The position numbers and the translations under genes are program-made. A model generated the notes under the pieces. That model did no database searches and had not been told where the DNA came from. It saw nothing but the letters and a program-made list of their open reading frames with translations. Below, in pieces: positions 9,101 through 17,560 of a stretch of DNA of 64,000 bases (its first letter is position 1; each line of letters opens with the position of its first letter). Source of the stretch: Deltaproteobacteria bacterium (GTDB taxonomy: Bacteria > Myxococcota > Kuafuiibacteriia > Kuafuiibacteriales > Kuafuiibacteriaceae); assembly GCA_040218735.1 (NCBI GenBank), contig JAVJQW010000023.1, positions 448,001 through 512,000 on the forward strand. Direction: 5' to 3'.

Positions 9101-11558
9101 GCGTTCGTCCAACCTCTACGGCGGGCCCGGCACCATCCTCTACCGCCAACTCAGCGAGCCCAGCGGCCGCCTCCTGATCGCGTCACCGCACAACGCGACG
9201 TACTCCGACACGCAGCTCGGCGCGTACGGCACGGTCAACGCGGTCAACGGCCAGACCCTCACGGTCTCCGGGCGCCTCGTCCCCGGCTCGCTCGTCGGCA
9301 CCACCGTCAACCCGGACACCACGCAGGGGCAGACGTTCACCGTCGCGAGCAACACGACGAACGCAATCACCGTCGTCGAAGCCGGCCTCGACGCGGCCAC
9401 CGCGGCCGGCCGTTCGTTCTCGGTGCTCGACTACCAGACGCAGTTCGAGGAGGTGATCGTCGAGGGCGACGCCAACCTGAGCGTCGGGCAGCTCACGATC
9501 AGCCAGAACCTCGTCGTCCGCGACACCGCGACGCTCGACGCCCACGACATCTTCTCGACGAACGTCGACGTCTCGGGCGGCACCGACATCTACACGCGCA
9601 CGCTGGGCGGCGACGCCATCGTCCTCGGCGGCAGCAGCCTCACGACGCTACAGGATCTCCGCTCCACGACGCTCGACCTCACCGGCAACGCGACCGTCCG
9701 CAACTGGGCGCCGACACTCGCCGCCGTGTACCCGCTCTACATTCAAGCGAACACGATGACGCAGGCGACGAACGCCTCGATCCTCACCAGCGGCCGCGGC
9801 TACCTCGGCTCGCGCCAGGGCGGCAACGGCTACACAGCGCGCACGCTCGGCAACAACACCGCGAGCGCGAGCGCGTCGACCGGCGGCTCCCACGGCGGCT
9901 ACGGCGGCGCGGGCGGCACCGTGGCGGCGACGTACGGCGACCCCGTCTGGCCGCTGACCATCGGCGGCGGCGGCACGTCGGCGTCGAACTCCAACGCCTC
10001 CTACCGCGGCGGCAACGGCGGCAGCTCGATCCACATCGTCGTCGGCGGCATCTACACCCTCGACGGCTTCGTCCGCAGCGACGGCGGGCGCGGCGCGGCC
10101 TACGACTCGGGCGGCGCGGGCGGCTCCGTGCTCATCGAGGCGGGGACCATCAACAGCTCGGCCACCGGTCACCGCGTCACCGCCAACGGCGCGTACGGCT
10201 ACTACGCCGGCGGCGGCGGCGGGCGCGTCGCGCTCCACTACGACGCGATCAACGGCTTCGCCCCGGACGACGCGATGATCAGCGTCGGCGGCGGCGGTTC
10301 GCGGTCGTCGAACCTCTACGGCGGCAGCGGGACGATCGTCGCGTGGCCGCGCGCGCAGGTGAACCCGAACCTGCTCGTCACCGCGGCGGTCAACTTCAAC
10401 GCCACGTTCGGGCGCACGCCGATCGGCGCGTTCGGCAACGTGTCGTCGGTGAACCAGACGGTGCTCACGTCGTCGCGTCACCTCGAGCCGAACGTGCTCG
10501 TCGGCTTCGACCTCGTCCCGGACGCCGAAGACCCGGCGACCACGTTCCCGATCGTCGCGAACTCCGCGACCTCGATCACCGTGCTCGGCGACATGACGGG
10601 CGCGACGAGCCCGGGGCGGCGCTGGTACGTCGAAGGTTTCTCGACCACGTGGGAGGACGTCACGTTCCGCGGCGACGTCAACGTCGAAGCGGGTCACCTC
10701 GACGTCCTCGACGAGTACCTCCAGGAGGAGCAGGCGGACCTCTACCTGAGCCACCTCGACCTCGACCTCGCGCAGATCATCGACTCGGCGGTCATCACCG
10801 GCATCCGGCTCACCGCGAACGACCTCGACACCGCCGGCAGCCCGTACCTCCTGTTGCGTCTGTTGGAGAGCGCGACGCTCGACCTCGGCGGCTCGACCCG
10901 CGTCCACGCCTGGGCCCCGAGCCTCGCGGCCGTCTACGGCCTCACGGTCCTCGCCGACACCATGTCGATGGGCACCAACGCCCACCTCGACGCGACGGCG
11001 CGCGGTTACCTCGGCTCGCGCCAGGGCGGGAACGGCTACTCCGCGCGCACGAACGGCAACGTCACCGCGAGCGGCTCCGCGTCGACCGGTGGCTCCCACG
11101 GCGGGCTCGGCGGACCGGTGTCGGGCAACGTCACGCCGACCTTCGGCAGCGCGACGCAGCCGGTGACGTTCGGCGCGGGCGGCACCAGCGCTTCGAACTC
11201 CAACGCCTCGTACCGCGGCGGCAACGGCGGCAGCGCGGTGCGCGTCATCGTCGCCGGGGCGTTTGCGTTGGACGGCCGCATCCACGCGAGCGGCGGCCGC
11301 GGCGCGGCCTACGACTCGGGCGGCGCGGGCGGCAGCGTGTGGGTCACCGCGGGCAGCCTCAACGCCTCGGGCGGACGCCTCGAAGCGAACGGCGCGTACG
11401 GCTACTACGCCGGCGGCGGCGGCGGACGCATCGCCGTCGAAGCGGCGAACGTGTCGGACTGGGCGTCGAGCGGGATCACCGCGACCGTCACCGAGGGGAC
11501 CTCGCGCTCGACCAACCTCTACGGTCAGCCCGGAACGCTCAGCCTCAACGGCGGCTGA
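6168..11558 (+). CDS. giant secreted protein: LruC/DUF4842-like domain plus four Gly-rich repeat modules
   Basis: Signal peptide; DTDSIPDNADAFPCDP (TSP3-like); LLFEDLWP..DEDFND motif; four near-identical Gly-rich blocks. Confidence 0.8.
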   Translation: MFTKKTTPLAVAAALCVAPAAFAQDADTDSIPDNADAFPCDPALAGLMFAPGENQHGMLLFEDLWPEVADEDFNDVALAYNYVYFLDANSQVVRVRATLTPLALGGLYDNGLGLRLPVAASNVASVTRTIAGAPAETLTPSSTDAQLTVIVSDNLRELFGGTAGPINADATTNRVLGQRIVVDVQLSTPVAQFSGSAPHDLYIFRLSHPGLEIHQRNYAGTSQMDISYFGTQDDNSSAGNWYVDQFGLPSALVVPLSAPYPQELTSIATLFPNIITWAQSGGAQNQDFYASNVASAYAYQDASGQGAYTPPAPASILRDRTCVATDVTFNQNITVDASNIGTLEDQNWIIPSGVTVTLQYDQPFRVNALDVQGVLQHASCSLSGCSSLQIEVASDATIHPGGAIRADGRGYLGSRQAGNGYTARTRGNVTANASASTGGSHGGFGGAGGTVANTYDDVYHPVFPGSGGTSASNSNASYRGGNGGGVIRLDVAGTLAINGQISANGGRGAAYDSGGAGGSIWLTAGNVTSTQTGVAVVANGAYGYYAGGGGGRIAIYGPRSGWTVPGHVQAEGGTSRSSNLYGGPGTIVYGDTDAAAQSNLLVDATSNRNANYSDLRVGAFGNVTSVSATTLNTARTLEPGALAGHTLRPDAEQPATVTIVNNTATSITITGGDLTTMTAAGRPFYVTDYATQFNSVSIGQTARVDAGVFNVAGDFAIADSAQLDIYEIAADRILMTNSASMNTFDNTARIYSQADSTVNTAWTVNATTMTLANSARLRSWAGTLSRIYPLTIVATDLDIGSGTIVESDGRGYLGSRQAGNGYTARTFGNNTANASASTGGSHGGYGGAGGTVAQLYGNPYFPDTAGTGGTSASNSNASYRGGNGGGILRISVANLFTLDGVVSAGGGRGAAYDSGGAGGSIWIDANQILRNTTGVALRVNGAYGYYAGGGGGRVAVHYGQLSGWVVDSTTVQALPGTSRSSNLYGGPGTILYRQLSEPSGRLLIASPHNATYSDTQLGAYGTVNAVNGQTLTVSGRLVPGSLVGTTVNPDTTQGQTFTVASNTTNAITVVEAGLDAATAAGRSFSVLDYQTQFEEVIVEGDANLSVGQLTISQNLVVRDTATLDAHDIFSTNVDVSGGTDIYTRTLGGDAIVLGGSSLTTLQDLRSTTLDLTGNATVRNWAPTLAAVYPLYIQANTMTQATNASILTSGRGYLGSRQGGNGYTARTLGNNTASASASTGGSHGGYGGAGGTVAATYGDPVWPLTIGGGGTSASNSNASYRGGNGGSSIHIVVGGIYTLDGFVRSDGGRGAAYDSGGAGGSVLIEAGTINSSATGHRVTANGAYGYYAGGGGGRVALHYDAINGFAPDDAMISVGGGGSRSSNLYGGSGTIVAWPRAQVNPNLLVTAAVNFNATFGRTPIGAFGNVSSVNQTVLTSSRHLEPNVLVGFDLVPDAEDPATTFPIVANSATSITVLGDMTGATSPGRRWYVEGFSTTWEDVTFRGDVNVEAGHLDVLDEYLQEEQADLYLSHLDLDLAQIIDSAVITGIRLTANDLDTAGSPYLLLRLLESATLDLGGSTRVHAWAPSLAAVYGLTVLADTMSMGTNAHLDATARGYLGSRQGGNGYSARTNGNVTASGSASTGGSHGGLGGPVSGNVTPTFGSATQPVTFGAGGTSASNSNASYRGGNGGSAVRVIVAGAFALDGRIHASGGRGAAYDSGGAGGSVWVTAGSLNASGGRLEANGAYGYYAGGGGGRIAVEAANVSDWASSGITATVTEGTSRSTNLYGQPGTLSLNGG
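7385..11540 (+). repeat. four intragenic repeats with ~1200-bp period
   Basis: CTCGG(A/C)TCGCGCCAG (LGSRQ) at 7401, 8604, 9804, 11010; SASNSNASYRGGNGG, GGRGAAYDSGGAGGS and NGAYGYYAGGGGGR occur in all four. Confidence 0.95.
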
Positions 11559-12426
11559 GCCGCTCCGCGATCGCCGCGACGTGCTGCGGGCCCGTCCCGC
11601 AGCACCCCCCGACCAGCTTCGCCCCCGCCTCGACCCAGCGCACTGCGCGGTCGGCGTAGTGTTCACACGACGCCGACGCGCCGTGCCAACGTCCGTCCAC
11701 CCAGCGTCGACCGTCATTGGCGTAGACACCGACGGGCGCGTCCGTCGCGGCGAGGAGTCGTTCGAGCGGCGCGTCGACCTCGTCGACCGGTATGCACTGG
11801 ACGAAGAACACCGAGACCCGCTCCCCGAGGATGGCGACGGCGTCTTCGATCGCGAGCCCGGAGCGCATCGCACCGTCCGCACGACACACCAGCCCCACCC
11901 CCACCGGCACGCGATCGTCGAGCAGCGCAGCGACACCTTCGACGTCCGCCTTCGTCGTGAGCATCTCGAACAACACGATGTCCGGTGCGAGCTCCACGAG
12001 CGCCTCGAACTGCACCCGCAAACGTTCCGTGACCTCCGCCGCCGTCAGCGAGGCCTCCTCGGCGTACGGCACGTCCGGTGATGCAAGGCAGCCTGCAATC
12101 CACGTCCCCGCGCTCCGGGCGCTCTCGATCGCCGCGCGGTGCAGCCGACGCAGGAACGTGTCCGCGGGCGTCGGGTCGCCCCTGGCTTCGAGGTACGCCG
12201 CGCAGTGACGAAGCGACAGGTTGTGGGTGTTTGCGATCAGCAGCTCGGCGCCGGCGTCGCGGTAAGCCCGGTGCAACCGCTCGTTGAGCGCGCGACCCTC
12301 CGGCGTGAGGAGGGCCGCGCTCCCCCACAGGGGGTTGTCGACGTCGACGCCCGCCGCCTCGATCTCGGAACCCATCGCGCCGTCCACCACGACCGGCGCG
12401 TCTTCCGTCAATCGTTCGAGCAACAC
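11545..12426 (-). CDS. homocysteine S-methyltransferase family protein
   Basis: VVDGAMGSE, LWGS, H..Y..AGA, GVYAN and Zn-binding VGGCCGTGP. Confidence 0.9.
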   Translation of the reverse strand: MLLERLTEDAPVVVDGAMGSEIEAAGVDVDNPLWGSAALLTPEGRALNERLHRAYRDAGAELLIANTHNLSLRHCAAYLEARGDPTPADTFLRRLHRAAIESARSAGTWIAGCLASPDVPYAEEASLTAAEVTERLRVQFEALVELAPDIVLFEMLTTKADVEGVAALLDDRVPVGVGLVCRADGAMRSGLAIEDAVAILGERVSVFFVQCIPVDEVDAPLERLLAATDAPVGVYANDGRRWVDGRWHGASASCEHYADRAVRWVEAGAKLVGGCCGTGPQHVAAIAERLSRR

Positions 12427-12443
12427 GCGGGCGAAGATACGCC

Positions 12444-13823
12444 TCAGAACGTCATCACGCGACCGTGTCCGAGCTCCTTGATGAACCGATCGATCACGCG
12501 ACGATCCGTGCCCTTCGGGAACGCCATGATCGCCCCCGCGCCGTCGTTCCGGAACGGGCCGTCCGGGTCCTTCAGCAGATCGTCGGCGCGACGGAACTTC
12601 TCGAGCGAGTCACGCACCGCGTCCTCGTCGATCTTGCCGTTGCGCATGGCCTTGGCCTCACCGCCCACGAGCACACCGTAGCGTCCACGCCCCGTGGTCA
12701 TCATCAGATCGACCTCGGTGTCGCCGAACTCCTGGTTCCAACGACGCACGTCGAAGCCTTGCTTGCGCAGACCGTCCTCCGCGGCGATCTCCCGCAGCTC
12801 CCCGGTGATGCGTTTGGTGTCGCCGACGTCCGGTCGCGGCGCGCCCTTCTTCTTGAAGAGCCCGCGCACCATGTCGATGCCCTTCTTCGCCCAGTTCTTC
12901 GGGTTGCCGAGCTGCGCGATCGTCGTCGCGACGCCGAGCGCCGCCCCCACGTTCCCGTCCGTCCCCTTCGCCGGATCGAACTTCGGGATGCGACCGTCCT
13001 CCATGCGCTTCTGCAGCTCCTGGAGCTGGGCCTGGGACTTCGACTCCCCCGCCGCCTGCGCGAGCATCCCCGGGATGCCGGTCGCCGCGATGAACTCACC
13101 GGCGAGCGCGCGTCCCGGGATGCCATCCACCTTGTCGAGCAGCTGCGCGTTGGTCATCTCGGACGGCGGCGTGGAGCCCGCCACGCGGTGCTGCGCGAGG
13201 CGGTTCGCCTCCCCGAGCGTCTTGTAGGTCTCGGCCGCCTTCGCGTCGTCGCGCCGAGCGAGCGCCGTGTCGCTCCGCGCGAGCTCCCGCCACGACTTCT
13301 CCGACCAGGGCGCGGTCTTGTCCCCGAACTGGTACTGCCGCTGCGTCTCACGCGACAGCTCCGCGAGCTCGGGGTTGTTGAAGTCGCGGTTCTTCGTCGC
13401 GTCCGAGAAGCGTCGATCGATCTCCCCGTGCAGCGCCTTCCACCCGTCGGGCGTAACGTTCTTGCCGAAGCCCATGTCCTTCGCGTCGACGCCCTTCACG
13501 GTTTGTGTGAGCTCGGGCGTCGTCATGCCCTTCAGACGCTCCGCCATCTGCGTCTGCGACAGCGTCGTGTCCGCGAGGAACGACGCCGGGTTGTCCTTCG
13601 ACCGCGCGCCGTTCACATCCGCGACCTTGAAGGTGTCCGGCGTGTGCGTCGTGCCGGCGGTCTGGAGCGCCTGCCCCGAGACGTCGCGCCCGTTCACCTC
13701 GTCCGCCGCCTTGGTGACCTCCGCTAGGTCGGCGCCCGTAGGCTGTTTGTCGTCGTTGGCGCGCTCGGTGGCGCGCACTCGGGTTCGATCGTTGTCGACA
13801 GTCGTATCGGTCATCTTCTTCAC
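12444..13823 (-). CDS. polymorphic-toxin-like protein with C-terminal PD-(D/E)xK nuclease-like domain
   Basis: Low-complexity N-terminus, Gly/Ala hydrophobic segments, then GELREIAAEDGLRKQGF...EVDL...GGEAK. Confidence 0.55.
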   Translation of the reverse strand: MKKMTDTTVDNDRTRVRATERANDDKQPTGADLAEVTKAADEVNGRDVSGQALQTAGTTHTPDTFKVADVNGARSKDNPASFLADTTLSQTQMAERLKGMTTPELTQTVKGVDAKDMGFGKNVTPDGWKALHGEIDRRFSDATKNRDFNNPELAELSRETQRQYQFGDKTAPWSEKSWRELARSDTALARRDDAKAAETYKTLGEANRLAQHRVAGSTPPSEMTNAQLLDKVDGIPGRALAGEFIAATGIPGMLAQAAGESKSQAQLQELQKRMEDGRIPKFDPAKGTDGNVGAALGVATTIAQLGNPKNWAKKGIDMVRGLFKKKGAPRPDVGDTKRITGELREIAAEDGLRKQGFDVRRWNQEFGDTEVDLMMTTGRGRYGVLVGGEAKAMRNGKIDEDAVRDSLEKFRRADDLLKDPDGPFRNDGAGAIMAFPKGTDRRVIDRFIKELGHGRVMTF

Positions 13824-14284
13824 CTCACGCGCCGCACACGCGGCACGCCGATCCCGCCGGCGACGTCGAGAAACTCACGCAGCGGTATGGTCCCTTCAAT
13901 AGATTCGTTTCGATCGTGCACGGGCGCGTCGAGGTCGACCGCCCTCCCCTCGCGCCGACGGAAGCGACGCGTCTCGTCGATGTGCTCCGCGTGGATCAGC
14001 TGGAGCTGAACGACGCGCAACGCCTCCGGCTCCGCCGCGAGCAACGCGCGCATCCGCAGGGCGACCCCGGGCGACTCGAGCTTGCCGTCGAACGCGGCGG
14101 CCAACGCGAGGTACCGGTAGAGCTCCGCCTTCGCCTGTCGGGTCTCGGCCGCCGCGGCGAGCGCGCGGCGAATAGCCTCGAACGCGTGCGCCGGCAGCGC
14201 GAAGCGCTCCTCGGTCCCGACTTCGAGGTTCGACGTGACGACGTGCTCCAACCGATTCACGAGATCTTGTTTCGGCGGAGGCAC
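13820..14284 (-). CDS. hypothetical helical protein translationally coupled to the toxin-like gene
   Basis: GTGA stop/start overlap with the next gene; start uncertain (GTG 14284 chosen; track begins at 14323). Confidence 0.6.
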   Translation of the reverse strand: MPPPKQDLVNRLEHVVTSNLEVGTEERFALPAHAFEAIRRALAAAAETRQAKAELYRYLALAAAFDGKLESPGVALRMRALLAAEPEALRVVQLQLIHAEHIDETRRFRRREGRAVDLDAPVHDRNESIEGTIPLREFLDVAGGIGVPRVRRVR

Positions 14285-14564
14285 GAAGAACGTTGCGCGC
14301 CGCAGAACGAATACCCAAATCAATACAGATACTTACGTGGTGAGATCGAGACCCCGTCCGCCCCACCTGAACGGCGCGAGCGCCGAGCCATAGAAGTCGT
14401 CGCGATTGTCGAGACCTACGATCGTGTGTGGCGCATTCAGTGTGGGGCGAACGTCCCGGCGCCGATCTTCGACGCTGGTTCGCGGGTCGGGTGCACGTTG
14501 AACACGAACGCGCGTCCGTCGACCGTCGGTCCACAACGCAGAGCGGATGGAGGAGGCTTCGGCG

Positions 14565-15854
14565 ATGCGGCGTTCGGCCCTCCTCATCACCGCGGTCACC
14601 CTCGCCGGGTGCACCGGCAACGACCTCTTGAACCAGGTCACCGACCGCGACGCCGGTCCACGACGCGACGGTGGAGGGAACGTCTCACCGTTCGACGCCG
14701 GCTCCCTCGACGGTGGTTCGCGAGACGGCGGCAACGTGACGGACGGTGGCGCGAGGGACGGCGGCGCCGCGACGTCCTGTGGCTTCGACGCGCTCGGCGA
14801 TCCGGATCGACCGCGGGTCCTCCTCGTCGGCCACGGATTCACCGCGGACCCCAACACCCCCGGTACCCAGGTGCGCTCCATGTCGGTCGCCGCGGACGGC
14901 AACCTCGTCGACGACGGCGTCCGCGTGAACGTCGGCTTCCGCCCGGCGCGGATCGAGTTCCTCCCCTTCGGCGGCATCGCGCTGGTGCTCGGCGAAGACG
15001 GCGAAGTCGCCTCGCTCGCGGTGGACGGCGCCGCCAACGTCACGGTCGTCGACACCGTCGCGCTCGAGCCCGCGTTGTTCGGCGACCTCCGCATCGCCCC
15101 GGACGGCGAGTCCGCCTTCGCGGTGGGCTTCGACAGCTCCCCGACCGCCGGCATCTCCACCGTCCGCATCGCGTGCGACGGCCAGCTCACCGTCGACACC
15201 AACGCGTTCTTCCCGCTGCGGCTCCCGCAGTCCCTCGTCCCGGTCGGCCAAGACCGCTGGGTCATCCTCGGCGGCCAAGCGGTGTTCGACCCGATCGACG
15301 ACGACGACGTGCGCCTCCTCTCCGTCTCCGCCGGCGGCTTCACATCCGTCGTCACCGCCGACATCTACACCGACGCGATCTCCGCCGACCGCATCGCCGC
15401 CAAACACGACGGCTCGACCGTGCTGATCCCGAACAACTCGGGCTTCTCGACCAAGACCGAGCAACTCGCGATCGTCGACGTCGTCGGCGACACCCTCGTC
15501 GACCGCGGGCGCATCACGGGCCTCACCGATCCCGCCGACGTCCTGTGGTCCGCCGACGACCAGACCGCGCTCGTAGCGCTCTTCCAACCCGGCCGCGTCG
15601 CCGTGCTCGCCGACCAGGGCAACGGCCTGACCGAGGTCGACCGCATTACGGGCATCGGCCTCGCCGGGCAGATGGCTCCGATCGAGCGCGGCATGTTGAA
15701 CGGGCGCGTCTTCGTCAGCTCGGTGGACGCAAACGGCTTCCCGAACATCGCGCGCCTCGCGATCCAGGGGCCGGGGGTGGTCGTGAGCCTCGGCGACTTC
15801 GACTTCGCGGACGGCAGCGAGAACATCCCGTCGACGATCGCGGTGACGCCGTAG
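14565..15854 (+). CDS. beta-propeller lipoprotein
   Basis: GGAGGAGG RBS before ATG 14565; lipobox LAGC; RDAG/RDGG linker; repeated APDGES / SADDQTALV-type blade motifs. Confidence 0.75.
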   Translation: MRRSALLITAVTLAGCTGNDLLNQVTDRDAGPRRDGGGNVSPFDAGSLDGGSRDGGNVTDGGARDGGAATSCGFDALGDPDRPRVLLVGHGFTADPNTPGTQVRSMSVAADGNLVDDGVRVNVGFRPARIEFLPFGGIALVLGEDGEVASLAVDGAANVTVVDTVALEPALFGDLRIAPDGESAFAVGFDSSPTAGISTVRIACDGQLTVDTNAFFPLRLPQSLVPVGQDRWVILGGQAVFDPIDDDDVRLLSVSAGGFTSVVTADIYTDAISADRIAAKHDGSTVLIPNNSGFSTKTEQLAIVDVVGDTLVDRGRITGLTDPADVLWSADDQTALVALFQPGRVAVLADQGNGLTEVDRITGIGLAGQMAPIERGMLNGRVFVSSVDANGFPNIARLAIQGPGVVVSLGDFDFADGSENIPSTIAVTP

Positions 15855-15856
15855 CG

Positions 15857-16330
15857 CTACAACCGACGCAGCAGCGGGAACTTCAGGCGGTACGCGTCCT
15901 GCGCCCAGCGCGGGAGCGCCGACCAGTTCTTCTCGAGGTGCGTGATGTCCTCTTCGCCCGGCTCGATCTCCCCCGACGGGAACGCGATGGTGTGCTCGAG
16001 CGGCACGGCGATCACGTCGCCCTTGCGCCCGACGTACTTCAGGATCTCCACCCCGTCGCGCGTGCCCGAAGCGTCACGCGACTCGGCGATCTCCAGCCCC
16101 GTCACGTACGTCGACAGGTAGATCGATAGGATCTCGATCGTCTGCGCGAACCACGGGAGGCGCTCCTCGGTCTCGGCGTCGATCGCGAGGCGCCCCGACC
16201 GAATGCGGGCGTCGAGCTCCTCCGGCCCCATCGCGTCCGCGAGCGGGAAGTCCTCGTCCTCGATCGCGTCGGCGAGGTGCCCGCGCTCGACGCCGTCGAT
16301 CTCGAGGTCCATCAGATACCGATACAGCAC
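15857..16330 (-). CDS. hypothetical acidic 157-aa protein directly downstream of the retron RT (candidate effector)
   Basis: 19-bp gap after the RT stop, AGGA upstream of the GTG, coding-like composition; no family recognised. Confidence 0.7.
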   Translation of the reverse strand: MLYRYLMDLEIDGVERGHLADAIEDEDFPLADAMGPEELDARIRSGRLAIDAETEERLPWFAQTIEILSIYLSTYVTGLEIAESRDASGTRDGVEILKYVGRKGDVIAVPLEHTIAFPSGEIEPGEEDITHLEKNWSALPRWAQDAYRLKFPLLRRL

Positions 16331-16349
16331 AGAGGCATCCTAACGAGTC

Positions 16350-17558
16350 TCACCCGCCGGACCAGTCGATTCGTTCGAAGAGCGCGAGCAGCTTCCGTCC
16401 GTGCGCGGCGTGGGCCTGTGCGACGTGCGCGATCCGCCCGCGCAGGCGATCGCGAGCGTCGGCGTCCCCCCCGTCCCGCGCGAGGTTGAACAGCGTCGCC
16501 TCCAGACGTTTGCGCTCGCGCTTCGACACCGCGGGGTGTGCGTTCACGACGAGCCCGGTCACGGTCTGCCGACGGTGCGCGCGCATCCAGCGGGTCTTGG
16601 CGCGGTGGAGCGTGAAACCTTCGTCCGCGACGATCATCGCGACTGCGTCTGCGAGCGCCTCGTACGATTCGTCCGACGAGAACACGAGGTCGTCGGCGTA
16701 CCGCGTGTACGTCGCGCCGAAGCGATCCGCGAGGCCGGCCAGGCGCACGTCGAGTCGAAACGCGACGAGGTTCGCGAGGTACGGCGAGCTCGGCGCCCCC
16801 TGCGGGAGGTGACGGCCGCTGTAGATCGGCTCACGCGTGACGTGCGTCGGCGTAGTGGTCGTCGTGAGCCCCGTGAGCAGCTCGGCCACCGTCTCCGGAT
16901 AGCCGGCCGCCATGAAGACCGCGCGCACCCGACGGGCGAAGATCGACGGAAAGAACCGCCGCAAGTCGAAGCGCAGCACCAACCGACGCCCGACGTGCAT
17001 CGCGGCGTTGGTGCGGTGCGATCGGCCGCGCACATACGCGTGCGCCGCAGGGTGCACCGGGATGGATTCGAGGACGTCGCGCAGGATCCTCCGCTGGATC
17101 TTCGCGAGCTGGGCCTTCGGTGCTTCGATCAACCGCGCCCCCGCGAAGTAACGGACGTAGTGATGCAGCGGCCCCGGCGGCGCACGATCGAGGTAGCCGT
17201 TCACGTCCGCCCAACCTTCGAGCGAACGCAGCGGCATCTCGAGCCAGCGCGCGAGCTCGGCGACGTCGCAGACCGATCGCACCGGCCACCGCGGCACGTG
17301 CATGTGTGTCGCGGGGAAGAAGTACCGCGCCGGGATGGGCATCGGCTCCGCGTCCTCGTACGCCGGCAGCGCGTGGACGAACCGCCACAAAGTCTCGAAG
17401 CGCGGCGGGCGTCGGTACCGACCATGAACGGCGTCGACCACCTCCGGCAGCCACGGCGCCGGCGGCAACAACGCCGCGTGGCCAAACTCGAGCAGCCCGC
17501 GCTTCGTCCAGTCGGAGGCGAGGAACGCACGCGCGAGCGCTTGGGCGACGACGATCAT
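16350..17558 (-). CDS. retron-type reverse transcriptase
   Basis: RLIEAPK..L..IQRRIL, region X TNAAMH (NAxxH), DLRRFFPSI, LPQGAPSSP, YADD, region Y QTVTGLVVN. Confidence 0.93.
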   Translation of the reverse strand: MIVVAQALARAFLASDWTKRGLLEFGHAALLPPAPWLPEVVDAVHGRYRRPPRFETLWRFVHALPAYEDAEPMPIPARYFFPATHMHVPRWPVRSVCDVAELARWLEMPLRSLEGWADVNGYLDRAPPGPLHHYVRYFAGARLIEAPKAQLAKIQRRILRDVLESIPVHPAAHAYVRGRSHRTNAAMHVGRRLVLRFDLRRFFPSIFARRVRAVFMAAGYPETVAELLTGLTTTTTPTHVTREPIYSGRHLPQGAPSSPYLANLVAFRLDVRLAGLADRFGATYTRYADDLVFSSDESYEALADAVAMIVADEGFTLHRAKTRWMRAHRRQTVTGLVVNAHPAVSKRERKRLEATLFNLARDGGDADARDRLRGRIAHVAQAHAAHGRKLLALFERIDWSGG

Positions 17559-17560
17559 GG

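Noticed and set aside
7385-11540. Repeats as a CRISPR array or DGR template/variable repeats
   Set aside because: In-frame coding repeats with ~1.2-kb period and mostly synonymous differences
5676-11936. Very long alternative ORFs (808, 1069, 762 aa) overlapping the giant gene, and similar ones across the window
   Set aside because: Arg/Ala/Pro-rich shadow frames expected in high-GC DNA; no motifs, and the real frame has clear domain signatures
14305-14340. AT-rich AAATCAATACAGATACTTACG as a dif or att recombination site
   Set aside because: Poor match to XerC/XerD arms, no second copy or integrase; more simply the promoter region of the divergent genes
16350-17558. RT as part of a diversity-generating retroelement, group II intron or CRISPR-RT
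   Set aside because: NAxxH and VTG motifs plus msr/msd indicate a retron; no TR/VR pair with adenine-specific mismatches, avd gene, maturase or intron domain V, or cas1 seen
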